In this document: one piece after another, positions 49,703 through 59,674 of the stretch | How the letters are laid out: the number at the start of each line of letters is the position of its first letter | Position numbering within the stretch: position 1 is the stretch's first letter | NCBI GenBank assembly: GCA_051859245.1 | Contig: JBHYGA010000001.1 | Coordinates: 1,341,722-1,405,721 of the forward strand | DNA: 64,000 bases | DNA from: Gemmatimonadaceae bacterium | GTDB lineage: Bacteria > Gemmatimonadota > Gemmatimonadetes > Gemmatimonadales > Gemmatimonadaceae | Direction of reading: 5' to 3' | Program-made: the position numbers and the translations under genes | Notes under the pieces: generated by a model | Told to the model about the DNA's origin: nothing | Databases searched by the model: none | The model's input: only the letters and a program-made list of their open reading frames with translations

Positions 49703-51547
49703 TTAGATCGCGGGAAATATGTCCCGTGACGAGTCGAGATCCTGCCTCGCGGTAGGCGCGGTTTCAATCGCCAGACCCGTCAGCGACGTTTTCGCGCGAT
49801 GTTTGGCGGACGCGGCGGCAGACGCAACATCTTCCGCGTGTGCAAAATCCCGTGGTGAGATGGGCACCGCTCCGATCGAGAGCGTCGTGAACGGGAAAAA
49901 CCGCGCCACACCGTGACGATCTTCTGAGTCAATGCCGCCGCGTTCCACTGCGTGTTCGTCGTACAGTCGTTCCGAGCCCGCATTGAATGTCGCCACAATC
50001 CGCGTGCAGCGTGCGTGCCAATCATCACTCTGGAACAGCACCACAAAATCATCACCGCCAACGTGCCCCACAAAATCGCGCCGAGGATCGCACTGTGATA
50101 CCAGTGTTCGCGCGACGAGGCGGATCATCTCATCGCCACGCCAGTAGCCGTAGTGGTCATTGAACGGCTTGAAATCGTTCAGGTCACAATAGCAGGCAAC
50201 AAAAGAACCACCGCTTCGCAGCAAACGCGCGATGTGTTCGGTAATTGGAATGTTTCCCGGCAAGAAGGTGAGTGGATTCGCGTGTCGCGCGGCTTCAATG
50301 CGTGCCTCCGTTACCACACGCACGAGCTGTTCTCCGGTGCCAAGGCCCATGTATCGCCCGTTGTCGGTAACCACGAAGCCTTCGGTCAGGTAACGCTGAT
50401 CCGACGAGGTGAGCACCGCTGCCATGGCGTCGAGACCGGTGTGGCAATCAAGAACCACCGGCGTGGTGTTCGCAAACTGCAGACACGACTTGCGACCGTA
50501 CAGTTCTCGAAAGAATGGTTTCGCGTACTGATCAGTAAACGACTGTCTGTTCAACATGCCAATCGGACGGTCGTTCTCCACTACGACCACCGCACGCAAC
50601 GACGCGTCCGTCGAGAAGAGCTTCGCGACATCATCAACGGCGGCGTCGGGTGGAATAGCAGGCGACGGTACGGCAAGTCGCGCCACCGTGAAGTCGGATG
50701 CGGCGGCGCGCGTGAGCTCCGGTAGCACTGCGATTTCGGAGTTTGCGATTACAGCGCCGGCGTCCGGAAGCACGGCGATGGCCGGCAGCTCCTGCGGCCG
50801 GCCCAGGAAATACCCCTGACCCAGTGCGATGCCGAGGTCGCGCAATACCTGCAGTTCGCCGGCCGTCTCAATGCCTTCGGCAATCAGCTCTGTGCCAAAT
50901 GACTCCGCGAACCGCATGATGCCGCGGAGTGTCTGCACCTTCACCGCCTGCTGTGGCAAATCGTGCACAAAGTATTTGTCAATCTTCACAAACTCGGGGC
51001 GAAGTTCCGCCCATAGGCGCAAGCTGGATCGACCATCACCGAAGTCGTCCAGCGCAAATCGAAAACCTTCGGCGCGCATCCAGGCCGCCACCTCGATCAA
51101 TCGCGGAAGATCGGCGACGTGCTCATGTTCGGTGATCTCGATGACGAGCGAGGACGGAACGACGGCGATTGCATGCAGCGACTGAAGAATGCTCACGAGT
51201 GTTGCGCGATCACCCATCTGCACAATCGTGTGCGCGCTCAGATTCAGGAAGAGTCGCGTCCCGCGTGCCACACCCACCCATCCGCGTAGTCCTTCGGTGA
51301 GACAGTCGCGCTCGAGTCGCAGCAACAGTTGCTCACGACGCGCTTGCTTGAATATTGCGTCGGACGAGCGAAACGGACTTCCTTCGGGACCACGAATCAG
51401 ACTCTCATGGCCCATCACGTCGCCGTCCTTGAGCCTCACGATGGGCTGATAGTGAGCGCGCAACAGCTTGCGAGTAAGGAGCCACGCGACGGATTGCTCC
51501 GCGCGCGCATCGGCGAGATGGCCGTGGAGCGCGTTGATCGCCGACAT
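49703..51547 (-). CDS. EAL-CBS-GGDEF c-di-GMP turnover protein
   Basis: ESLIRGP, ALDDFG, KID, AEGIET; CBS pair; NPLTFLPGN; GGDDF. Confidence 0.9.
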   Translation of the reverse strand: MSAINALHGHLADARAEQSVAWLLTRKLLRAHYQPIVRLKDGDVMGHESLIRGPEGSPFRSSDAIFKQARREQLLLRLERDCLTEGLRGWVGVARGTRLFLNLSAHTIVQMGDRATLVSILQSLHAIAVVPSSLVIEITEHEHVADLPRLIEVAAWMRAEGFRFALDDFGDGRSSLRLWAELRPEFVKIDKYFVHDLPQQAVKVQTLRGIMRFAESFGTELIAEGIETAGELQVLRDLGIALGQGYFLGRPQELPAIAVLPDAGAVIANSEIAVLPELTRAAASDFTVARLAVPSPAIPPDAAVDDVAKLFSTDASLRAVVVVENDRPIGMLNRQSFTDQYAKPFFRELYGRKSCLQFANTTPVVLDCHTGLDAMAAVLTSSDQRYLTEGFVVTDNGRYMGLGTGEQLVRVVTEARIEAARHANPLTFLPGNIPITEHIARLLRSGGSFVACYCDLNDFKPFNDHYGYWRGDEMIRLVARTLVSQCDPRRDFVGHVGGDDFVVLFQSDDWHARCTRIVATFNAGSERLYDEHAVERGGIDSEDRHGVARFFPFTTLSIGAVPISPRDFAHAEDVASAAASAKHRAKTSLTGLAIETAPTARQDLDSSRDIFPAI

Positions 51548-51875
51548 AGGTGTACGAACGGCCACGAAGATCCTGATTCCTGAATGAGATCGAAGCAAAG
51601 GCGGACGCCGGTAGAGTGCGAGTGTCGGTTGGTGCGACGACTTTGCGTAGCGAAAGCGGTGCTCCGACCTGTCACGAACGCGTAACGCGCGCCGCCGATT
51701 CGTTTGTGTTGTTTGCCACCGAACGACGTGAAATGATGTGAACTCGTCGTCTATCCGGCACGAGTTCTCCTCTGCACGCGCGAAAGAGCGGTTGTGTCAC
51801 AGGCGAGACGTTCTACGTTAAAAAGTTGGGGGCGTGCGCGCCCTTTCACACTTTTTACCGAGGGCCGTAGTCATC

Positions 51876-54122
51876 TTGCTACTCGCGACCGATCTCGATG
51901 GGACATTTCTCGGCGGCCGACAGGCTGACCGTTTGACGCTGTATCGCACGATCCGTGCAACTCCGCAGATCCGTCTGGTTTTTGTAACCGGACGTGGCGC
52001 CGAATCCGTGCTGCCTCTGCTGGCTGATCCGCTGGTACCCGATCCTGAGTTCATCATTGCCGATGTAGGCGCCACCGTGTTGCACGGCGATGGACGAACG
52101 CCCGTCACGCCACTGCAGTGGGAACTCAGTGAGCGTTGGGTGGGCACCGAGCCCATTTTGCAATCGCTGGCAAACTTTCCCGGGCTCGTGCGACAGCGAG
52201 TGCCGCAAGAGCGCCGCTGTTCGTTCTTTCTCGATGATGTGACACACGTTGATGCGATTCGCGAACGGCTCGCGCATCTGGATGTTGATGTATTGCTGAG
52301 TGCCGAGCGCTATCTGGATGTGCTGCCACGCGGTGTGTCCAAAGGTGATACGCTCACGCGACTTGTGGCACAACTCGGCGTGGATGCGGGCGATGTGCTT
52401 GTTGCCGGCGACACTATGAACGACCTGTCGTTGTATGAAACCGGCTATCGCGGCGTCGTGGTAGGGCAGGCAGAACCGCTGCTGGTCAACGCCACACGCC
52501 ATCGCGAACGGGTGCACATTGCATCGTCGCCTGGCGCGGGTGGAATTCTTGAGGCAATTGAGCAGATCGGACTGAACATCGCACCACAGGTCGATAGTCC
52601 TGCGGGCGACGCGCAGTTGGTGGTGGTGTACCATCGACTACCGTACGAGGAAACGGGGAAGGACGGTGTTGTCTCGCGACAACGCCATACCAGTCCCAAC
52701 GGAATCGTGCCCACGTTGCTCGGCTGCTTCGAAGAGGGAAGGCACGGCTCGTGGGTTGCCTGGACCGCGCATCACGACGGCTCCGGCGCGACATCGCACG
52801 ATCTGGTCGATGAAGATCGTTTTGCGAATCTCGTTGCTGCCAAGGTACCGCTCACTGCCGACGACGTGCAGCGCTTCTATAAGAAGTTTTCAAAGGAAGC
52901 GTTCTGGCCGGTGATCTTTTCGTTTGTAGATCGCGCACGATTCGTGGAAGCCGACTGGCTGCACTTTCTGGAGATCAATCGCAAGTTCGCGGAGACGGCG
53001 GCGGCCGAAGCTGACTACGGTGCGTTAGTCTGGATCCACGACTACAACCTGTGGATGGTGCCGGCGTATCTGCGGCAGCTGCGCCCGGATGTCCGCATTG
53101 GCTTCTTTCACCACACCGCGTTTCCACCCGCCGATGTGTTCAATGTGATTCCGTGGGCGGGACAGATTGTCGGTTCGCTGGCGCAGTGCGACTACATCGG
53201 ATTTCACATTCCGCGGTACGCCGCAAACTTCCTCGATGTACTGCGATCGCATTCGCCCACCGAAGTGCTGGAAACCATGCACTGCGCGCCACGATTCCGT
53301 GTACACGGTGGCGCACTCGCGATTCCGCGCATGCCGTCACTGGTGCGAAGTGGCGATCGTACCATTCGACTCGGTGCGCATCCCGTTGGTGTGAACGTGC
53401 GGGCCATCCGGCGTATTCTCGCGGATGCACAGCGGCTTGAGCAGATCAAAGCCATTCGTGATCGCTTCCGGCACACGAAGCTTGTGCTCTCAGTGGAACG
53501 ACTTGACTACGTGAAGGGTCCGTTGCAAAAGCTGGAGGCGTTTGAGCGCATGCTTGACGCGCATCACGAGCTCCGTGAGCAGGTTACGCTGCTCATGGTG
53601 ACGACGCCGCCAGCACCGGGCATGGAAGTGTACGAGGAAGTGCGTGAAGCGGTCGATCAAGTAGTCGGCCGTATCAATGGCCGATTTTGTACGCTCGATT
53701 GGACGCCCGTGCACTACCTGTTCCGTTCACTGCCGTTCGAAGACGTCATCGCCTACAGCGCAGCGGCTGACGTTGCCTGGATCACACCACTGCGCGACGG
53801 TCTGAATCTGGTTGCCAAAGAGTTCATCGTGGCACAGCATACCACAGAGGGCAATGGTGTGCTGGTGCTTTCCGAGTTTGCGGGTGCTGCGGTGGAAATG
53901 CATGGCGCGCTGCTGACCAATCCCTACGACGTGGAAGGCATGGCGCGCCATCTTCATGATGCACTGGTGCTGCCTGAGGGTGCGCGGGCGCTGCACGTGC
54001 GGCGACTCGCGGCAATCGTTGAACAATCCGATGTAGACGCCTGGAGTCAGGAGTTCTTGTCGGCCATGGCCGGTGACTCAGGCAGCGCGCTTGGATCGTC
54101 TGCGGCAGTCGCACCGCGGTGA
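51876..54122 (+). CDS. ggpS: Fused glucosylglycerol-phosphate phosphatase/synthase (HAD-IIB + GT20)
   Basis: Likely TTG start at 51876; TDLDGT and GDTMND (HAD); [41 protein letters not shown]. Confidence 0.82.
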   Translation: MLLATDLDGTFLGGRQADRLTLYRTIRATPQIRLVFVTGRGAESVLPLLADPLVPDPEFIIADVGATVLHGDGRTPVTPLQWELSERWVGTEPILQSLANFPGLVRQRVPQERRCSFFLDDVTHVDAIRERLAHLDVDVLLSAERYLDVLPRGVSKGDTLTRLVAQLGVDAGDVLVAGDTMNDLSLYETGYRGVVVGQAEPLLVNATRHRERVHIASSPGAGGILEAIEQIGLNIAPQVDSPAGDAQLVVVYHRLPYEETGKDGVVSRQRHTSPNGIVPTLLGCFEEGRHGSWVAWTAHHDGSGATSHDLVDEDRFANLVAAKVPLTADDVQRFYKKFSKEAFWPVIFSFVDRARFVEADWLHFLEINRKFAETAAAEADYGALVWIHDYNLWMVPAYLRQLRPDVRIGFFHHTAFPPADVFNVIPWAGQIVGSLAQCDYIGFHIPRYAANFLDVLRSHSPTEVLETMHCAPRFRVHGGALAIPRMPSLVRSGDRTIRLGAHPVGVNVRAIRRILADAQRLEQIKAIRDRFRHTKLVLSVERLDYVKGPLQKLEAFERMLDAHHELREQVTLLMVTTPPAPGMEVYEEVREAVDQVVGRINGRFCTLDWTPVHYLFRSLPFEDVIAYSAAADVAWITPLRDGLNLVAKEFIVAQHTTEGNGVLVLSEFAGAAVEMHGALLTNPYDVEGMARHLHDALVLPEGARALHVRRLAAIVEQSDVDAWSQEFLSAMAGDSGSALGSSAAVAPR

Positions 54123-55133
54123 CTAGTTGTCACCGAGCCGAGCCTCGAGCAGCGCGACCAATCGATGCGCCGCGAGTGCCAGGCGGTGTCTGGCAATCAC
54201 TTCGCCTCTGCTCAGATAGCCTTCCGAGAGTACGGGTGGTGCGTTGCCATTGCGAGCGGGCAACTCGTACACCACGTATCGGGCAAGCGTTGCACTCTCG
54301 TCAGCCCACGACTGCACCGTGGCCGCGAGGGCCGCGCCGTCGGGGATGATGAGATCGTCGCCGGGCGTCGCGGCCAGCGGCAACGCGGCGGCGATCAAGG
54401 TCGCCACGGAGTCAAGCGGAAGATCGCGAGACACACGACCGACCATGCCGTCCCACACGGCATGCAAGTTGGTTGAATCGCGATCACTGCCGGGAATTTT
54501 CGCCCACACGCGATTCGCACCGGCGTCTCCATCAGGTGACGCTACCGTTGAGCGCGACGTGCCGTGCACAGGCTGATGTAAATCGCCGACGATGTGAATG
54601 ATCCAGCCGAGGTGATATGCGCGCACGCTGGCGGGAATCGCCTTGTCCGCTAACGCGTCGGCCATCTTTGGCATTTCCGTGCTGACGTTGGGCGCTGTCA
54701 GCCGAATCGTCGTTGTTCCGTCTGTCGAGAACGAACGCGTGAGGTAATGCCAACCCTCCCGTCGTGCCATCGTCGGAAATCCGGGGAGCAGCGGCGTTGG
54801 CGTCGCCTCTGGACTGGTCTCGCGATAGAAGCGTGCATCGCTTCGAATGCGATCCGGCCATACGGATGCGCGCAGAAAGATCTCCCGCACGCCGTCGGCC
54901 GTTTGCGCGTCAAGGCCTTCGCTGAGGCTCACGAGGTCTGGATGCTCGCGCAGCAATGCGTTCACGCGTGCACGGGTGGGTTGGCTGAGTCGATCGTAGG
55001 CCATCGCAGCCATCGCGCGGTGGCCTACGGCGTCCCACCGAAACAGGGTTGTGGCCGTTGGCGAGGCGAGGGAATCTGGCGTGACATTCGGCGTCAGCAG
55101 CAGCAAGAACGCAAAGTAGAGAAGAGAAGTCAT
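54123..55133 (-). CDS. Secreted S1/P1 nuclease
   Basis: Signal peptide; WDAVGH, WPD, WHY, HIVGDLHQPVH, GDAGAN, NLHAVWD. Confidence 0.92.
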   Translation of the reverse strand: MTSLLYFAFLLLLTPNVTPDSLASPTATTLFRWDAVGHRAMAAMAYDRLSQPTRARVNALLREHPDLVSLSEGLDAQTADGVREIFLRASVWPDRIRSDARFYRETSPEATPTPLLPGFPTMARREGWHYLTRSFSTDGTTTIRLTAPNVSTEMPKMADALADKAIPASVRAYHLGWIIHIVGDLHQPVHGTSRSTVASPDGDAGANRVWAKIPGSDRDSTNLHAVWDGMVGRVSRDLPLDSVATLIAAALPLAATPGDDLIIPDGAALAATVQSWADESATLARYVVYELPARNGNAPPVLSEGYLSRGEVIARHRLALAAHRLVALLEARLGDN

Positions 55134-55215
55134 CTCACAACGTAAATCGAGTGCCGCCGTTCAGGTTGGGTCGTCCGGTAACAACGTGTATCGATTTCAA
55201 AGAGTGCTCGTTCGG

Positions 55216-56391
55216 TCAGGCACGTGCTGCGAGCTCCATGCCTGGCGAGAGCATGCGACGCATCGCGCTGATACTGACGGCATCAGGGGTGGCACGCATG
55301 ATGCTGCGTGCGAACGCACTGCCGAAAGCGCTCGACCATTGCCCCAGCGCGCCGAGCTGACGACTCGTGCGCACAATTGCGGCGACGCGTTGAGAACGCG
55401 CTCGTTCGTAGCGTGCAATCGCGTCGGCAATGCCTGATGCCTCGCGCAAACACAATAGCAGCGACAGCACATCTTCGAGCGCCATGGCCGCACCCTGTCC
55501 AAGATTGGGCGTGGTGGCGTGACTCGCGTCTCCAATGAGTGCCACGCGATCGCGTCCCCACACCTGCGATGAGAGGTCCTCAATGTCATGACGCATCAGC
55601 ACGTTCTCGTGGCTCTTCGCCAGCGCATCGAGCACGGGTCGCGCCGCGCCTCCAAACTCGGTAAATCGCTGCGCCACCCACGCATTGCGGTGACTCGTTG
55701 GGTCCTGGCCACCCGCAGGCGCATTTTCTGTCAGAAACAGATACAGACGACCGTCACGTAGTGGCACCAGACCAACCCGCTTGCCGCGTCCCCACATTTC
55801 GATCACATCCGTGATCCCGGAAACATTGGGCACGACCGCGCGCCAACACGTGTAGCCCGCGTACCGAACGCGCGCTTTGGTGTGCGGGAAGGCAACGTGG
55901 CGAACACGCGAGCGCAATCCGTCTGCACCGATGACGAGCGCGTATTCCGCGCGGTGTGCATCCGTGCGGTGCGCGATGACCGCGTCGTGTTGGATTTCGA
56001 CGCGCTCAATGCTGGCGCCAAACACCACGCGCGATTCGTCCACGCCGTGCACCAGCAGCTGATGCAAATCCGCGCGATGCACGGCCAACGGCGGTGCAAA
56101 CGCCGCACCGAGCGCTGACATTTCCATACGCTGCAGTTCACCACCGCGCGCATCCTGCAGCAGCATCACCGGCAGTGGCTGACCAAAGGCTTGTAGTGGA
56201 TGCGCCGCGCCCAGCACCTCCAGCACGCGTTGCGCGTTCGCGCCAAGGACCAATCCCGCACCCAGCGGTTCAAAGCGCGGTGCGCGTTCCAGGACGTCGA
56301 CCAACGCGCCCTCGCGCGAGAGGGCAGATGTCATCGCGAGCCCACCGATGCCGCCACCAACGACGAGAATGGGCAGTCCGGACAGGTTCAT
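55216..56391 (-). CDS. FAD-dependent monooxygenase
   Basis: GGGIGG, GADGLRSRVR, IGDASH, PNLGQGA. Confidence 0.93.
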   Translation of the reverse strand: MNLSGLPILVVGGGIGGLAMTSALSREGALVDVLERAPRFEPLGAGLVLGANAQRVLEVLGAAHPLQAFGQPLPVMLLQDARGGELQRMEMSALGAAFAPPLAVHRADLHQLLVHGVDESRVVFGASIERVEIQHDAVIAHRTDAHRAEYALVIGADGLRSRVRHVAFPHTKARVRYAGYTCWRAVVPNVSGITDVIEMWGRGKRVGLVPLRDGRLYLFLTENAPAGGQDPTSHRNAWVAQRFTEFGGAARPVLDALAKSHENVLMRHDIEDLSSQVWGRDRVALIGDASHATTPNLGQGAAMALEDVLSLLLCLREASGIADAIARYERARSQRVAAIVRTSRQLGALGQWSSAFGSAFARSIMRATPDAVSISAMRRMLSPGMELAARA

Positions 56392-57041
56392 GGCGCGTTC
56401 CTCCGCGTTGAGCGCGTGTTGGGCTCGGAAGCTCGCGATCTCTTGACGCGCGACGCACTGGCAGCGCTGGCAGGGAAGGTGACACTCAGCAGCCGATCGA
56501 GTTCGTGCACCATATCGTCTGGTTTCATTGTCGCGTTCCGCAGCCCGTGCAGGAGCACGGTCAGGTACAAGCCGAAAAACGCGGTCGCTGCGTCCAGCGC
56601 ACTGACACCTTCACGCAGCAGGCCGTCGCGCACGATGGTTTCGGCGACGTCTCCGAGAAAATCCTGCAGCGTTTGTGTACTCAGCGAGTCAGGGGGTGTT
56701 GGCACAAACAGCGCTTGCTGCACCAAAACGGCCGAAAGCGCCGGCTGTTTGGCGTAGTATCGGTACAAGTGTTTGGCGAGATGCAGCAGACGGTCTCGAC
56801 CGCTGGCCGGCGCACTCGCGCGCGCTCGCTTGAGCACGCGCTGCAAGTCGTCGTGCAGCGCCTCCTGCAGCAGCGCCCCTTTGTCCGCGACGTGCACAAA
56901 CAATGTGCCCACCGCCACCTCGGCGCGTTCGGCGACCGCCTTCATGGTGGTGCCGTCGAATCCGCGTTCCGCGAAGATCTCGCGGGCGGCATCGAGCACG
57001 CGGGCACGAGTCTCGGTTTTTCTGAGTTGGCGTGCTGGCAT
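56388..57041 (-). CDS. TetR/AcrR-family regulator
   Basis: N-terminal HTH (FAERGFDGTTMKAVAERAEVAVGTLFVH); likely ATG 57041; coupled to the monooxygenase. Confidence 0.92.
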   Translation of the reverse strand: MPARQLRKTETRARVLDAAREIFAERGFDGTTMKAVAERAEVAVGTLFVHVADKGALLQEALHDDLQRVLKRARASAPASGRDRLLHLAKHLYRYYAKQPALSAVLVQQALFVPTPPDSLSTQTLQDFLGDVAETIVRDGLLREGVSALDAATAFFGLYLTVLLHGLRNATMKPDDMVHELDRLLSVTFPASAASASRVKRSRASEPNTRSTRRNAP

Positions 57042-57069
57042 GTACGACCGGGCGCGGAACCGAAAAAAG

Positions 57070-57122
57070 TGAACCCATTCGGTGAACGCGTTCAGTGTAT
57101 TGCGCTGGTCTGTCCCGCGCAA
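57070..57122 (-). promoter_or_regulatory. tetR promoter with tandem operator
   Basis: TTGCGC-17-TACACT; perfect palindrome TGAACGCGTTCA (57083-57094) and degenerate copy TGAACCCATTCG (57070-57081). Confidence 0.65.
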
Positions 57123-57147
57123 GTGTAGCCTCTGAGCGCCATACTAG

Positions 57148-57566
57148 ACAACGATTCTGTTCTCGCCCGAAACTCATCAGCGTCTGACAGAACTCGCGGC
57201 CCGTCGTGGGACGAGTCTCGGCGCGCTTGTGCGCGAGGCATGCGCGGTGCACTACGGATTGGTCAGCACCGAAGCACGCGTCGAGGCGGTATCGGCGCTC
57301 GCCGCCATGTCGCTTCCGGTGAGCACGCCGCGGGACATGAAACACGAATCGGTGCCGTCTGCCGACGCGTTCCTGTCTTTCCCACCGTTCTTCCGATCAC
57401 TTCGCAAATCCTCGATCGAGCACGCGAGCTGCTGGACAGACACGCGTCGCTGATGGCACGCGATGCGCTGCATGCCGCCGTTGTGATGCACGAGGGGCTG
57501 GATGCCATTTGCAGCTATGATCGGGACTTCGACGTTGATGCCGACCTGTCGCGCGTCGAGCCGTAG
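57148..57566 (+). pseudogene. Decayed vapBC remnant (RHH antitoxin without start, plus C-terminal half of a PIN toxin)
   Basis: TTILFSPETHQRLTELAARRGTSLGALVREA preceded by an in-frame TAG; a second frame gives RDALHAAVV...ICSYDRDFD with no PIN N-terminus. Confidence 0.7.
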
Positions 57567-57618
57567 GCGCATGCCCCGCCGCGGTCGTGCGCGACGGGGT
57601 TTCCGTGAGGAGACCGGC

Positions 57619-59598
57619 TTAGCGCTGCTCGGCGACGGGCCGTGAGATGCGTATCCATTGTTCGACAAGCTGCGCAAACTCAGCGCGATAGTGCCCCTCG
57701 TCATCACCCATGGCGCCGCGTGCGAGACGCAGGATGTCCTCTGCGGTGGTGGTGCCCATGTGCTCCGAGCCGCGCAAAAGCATGCCGAACGATGCAACCG
57801 ATGACGCGAAGCGGAAATCTTCGGACGTGCTCTGGCCCGATGAGGCGAGACGCACGGGTTGTGTGATCAGGTCACTCGTTGAGGCACCGGGCTTCTTGTA
57901 GCGAAGCTTGACGAACAAGAGTTCACTGCCTGCAGTAGCGGTACGAGCGGTGGATGTGGTGTCATACCGCGACCCGTCCGCTTCACGAATGTTTGCGCTG
58001 GTTGCTGCGCCGTGCGGCACCACTTCGTACAGCGCGGTGACCGTGTGTCCGGACCCGATGTCGCCGGCGTCCTTTTGGTCATCGGCAAAATCTTCGTTGC
58101 GCAGCAGCCGGTTTTCGTAGCCGATCAGACGGTAGGCACGAACAACTGACGGATTGAACTCAACCTGTAGTTTGACATCGTTTGCCACGGTCACCAGCGT
58201 AGCGCCCATCTCGCGAATGAGCGTTTTGCGCGCTTCGCCGATGTTGTCGATGTACGCATAGTTGCCGTTGCCGACCTTGGCGAGTTTTTCCATCTTCGCG
58301 TCCTGAATGTTCCCCGTGCCGAAACCAAGCACGGTCAGATAGGTGCCTTCCTTTCGTTTGGTTTCAATCAGGCGTTCCATTTCTGCATCGCTGCTTGGGC
58401 CGACATTAAAGTCGCCGTCACTTGCCAGGATCACCCGGTTGTTGCCTTCGCGCATGAAGTGCTCCCGCGCTGTGCGATAGGCGAGCTCGAGACCTGCGCC
58501 GCCAGCGGTCGAGCCGCCGGATTCAAGGCGGTCGATCGCGTTCATGATGGTTGTTTTCTGCGAGCCAGATGTGCTGGGCAGCACGAGACCAGCGCTTCCT
58601 GCATATACCACCAATGCCACGCGATCCTGTTCCCGCATCTGCTGCACCAGGAGGCGCAAGGATTCTTTTACCAGCGGCAGTTTGTCAGGGCTGGACATTG
58701 AGCCCGAGACATCAATCAAAAACACGAGATTGTTGGCTGGCAACTTTTCCGTGTCAATGCGACGCGCCTGTAGTGCAATGCGCACCAGCTGATGATTGGT
58801 TTGCCATGGCGCGGGTGCGACTTCCGTGGTGATTGCAATCGGATCCTTGCCGCGTGGTGCGTCCAGCGTGTACGGGAAATAGTTCACAAGCTCTTCAATG
58901 CGCACGGCGTCGGGCGGCGGAACGCGACCTTCATTCAAGAAGCGTCGCATGTTGCCGTACGACGCACGGTCCACATCGATGGAGAACGTGGACAGCGCGT
59001 TGCCGGTGACCGCGAGGAACGGATTGTCTTCAATGCGGTCGTACTGCTCACGATTGCCAATCACGTTGTCAGCAGCACGATCGTCGCGGAACTTCACGGT
59101 GGACGGGGTAACGGTCGCAGGCGTTGCCAGGACTGGCGAAGAGAGCCCACGCGGTCGGCCCTCCCGCAACTCGTGCGAAGCAACCACGACCTGACTCAAC
59201 CGTGAGACGTGCGCCGCAAGTTGGATATCGGCACGCACCGTGTCTGCGCGCGCTTTCACCACAATCGTCTGCGCGCTGTAACCGATGCGTCGTACTTGCA
59301 GTGTGACCGAGCTGCCGCGTGTGACGTTCGAGAGTTTCAGCGTGTACTGGCCGTCCGCGCCGGTGGTCGCACCTTCACCCGGGGTGCTGTTCACTCTCAA
59401 CACCTGAGCCCCTGCAACGGGTGATTGCGTTGCCGCATCACGCACCGTGCCGACTACAACGATCGTCTCGCGGTTTGCCGCAACTTGCGACGCGTCTGGC
59501 GCTGTGCGCTCGTGCGCTGGCGCAAGTATCGCGAGCATTGCTCCAACTGCCGGTACAGCCAGGAATCGTGCAATCGCCGATCGGGATAGGTCAAACAT
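57619..59598 (-). CDS. Exported VWA protein (YfbK-like) with an N-terminal carboxypeptidase-regulatory-like domain
   Basis: ATG 59598 with GGAG; STFSIDVDRASY, MIDAS DVSGSM, SDGDFNVG, YRLIGYENR, DAGDIGSGH. Confidence 0.9.
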   Translation of the reverse strand: MFDLSRSAIARFLAVPAVGAMLAILAPAHERTAPDASQVAANRETIVVVGTVRDAATQSPVAGAQVLRVNSTPGEGATTGADGQYTLKLSNVTRGSSVTLQVRRIGYSAQTIVVKARADTVRADIQLAAHVSRLSQVVVASHELREGRPRGLSSPVLATPATVTPSTVKFRDDRAADNVIGNREQYDRIEDNPFLAVTGNALSTFSIDVDRASYGNMRRFLNEGRVPPPDAVRIEELVNYFPYTLDAPRGKDPIAITTEVAPAPWQTNHQLVRIALQARRIDTEKLPANNLVFLIDVSGSMSSPDKLPLVKESLRLLVQQMREQDRVALVVYAGSAGLVLPSTSGSQKTTIMNAIDRLESGGSTAGGAGLELAYRTAREHFMREGNNRVILASDGDFNVGPSSDAEMERLIETKRKEGTYLTVLGFGTGNIQDAKMEKLAKVGNGNYAYIDNIGEARKTLIREMGATLVTVANDVKLQVEFNPSVVRAYRLIGYENRLLRNEDFADDQKDAGDIGSGHTVTALYEVVPHGAATSANIREADGSRYDTTSTARTATAGSELLFVKLRYKKPGASTSDLITQPVRLASSGQSTSEDFRFASSVASFGMLLRGSEHMGTTTAEDILRLARGAMGDDEGHYRAEFAQLVEQWIRISRPVAEQR

Positions 59599-59635
59599 GT
59601 GTACGCTCCAGTGTGGTAGTGAAAGTCCGCACTGG

Positions 59636-59664
59636 TAGACGCCGACTCGGCCAAAACTTGCACA
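59636..59664 (-). promoter_or_regulatory. Putative ECF-dependent promoter of the VWA gene
   Basis: TGTGCAAGTTTTG-N9-GCGTCTA; same as 61662-61690. Confidence 0.7.
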
Positions 59665-59674
59665 CTCCTGTGCA

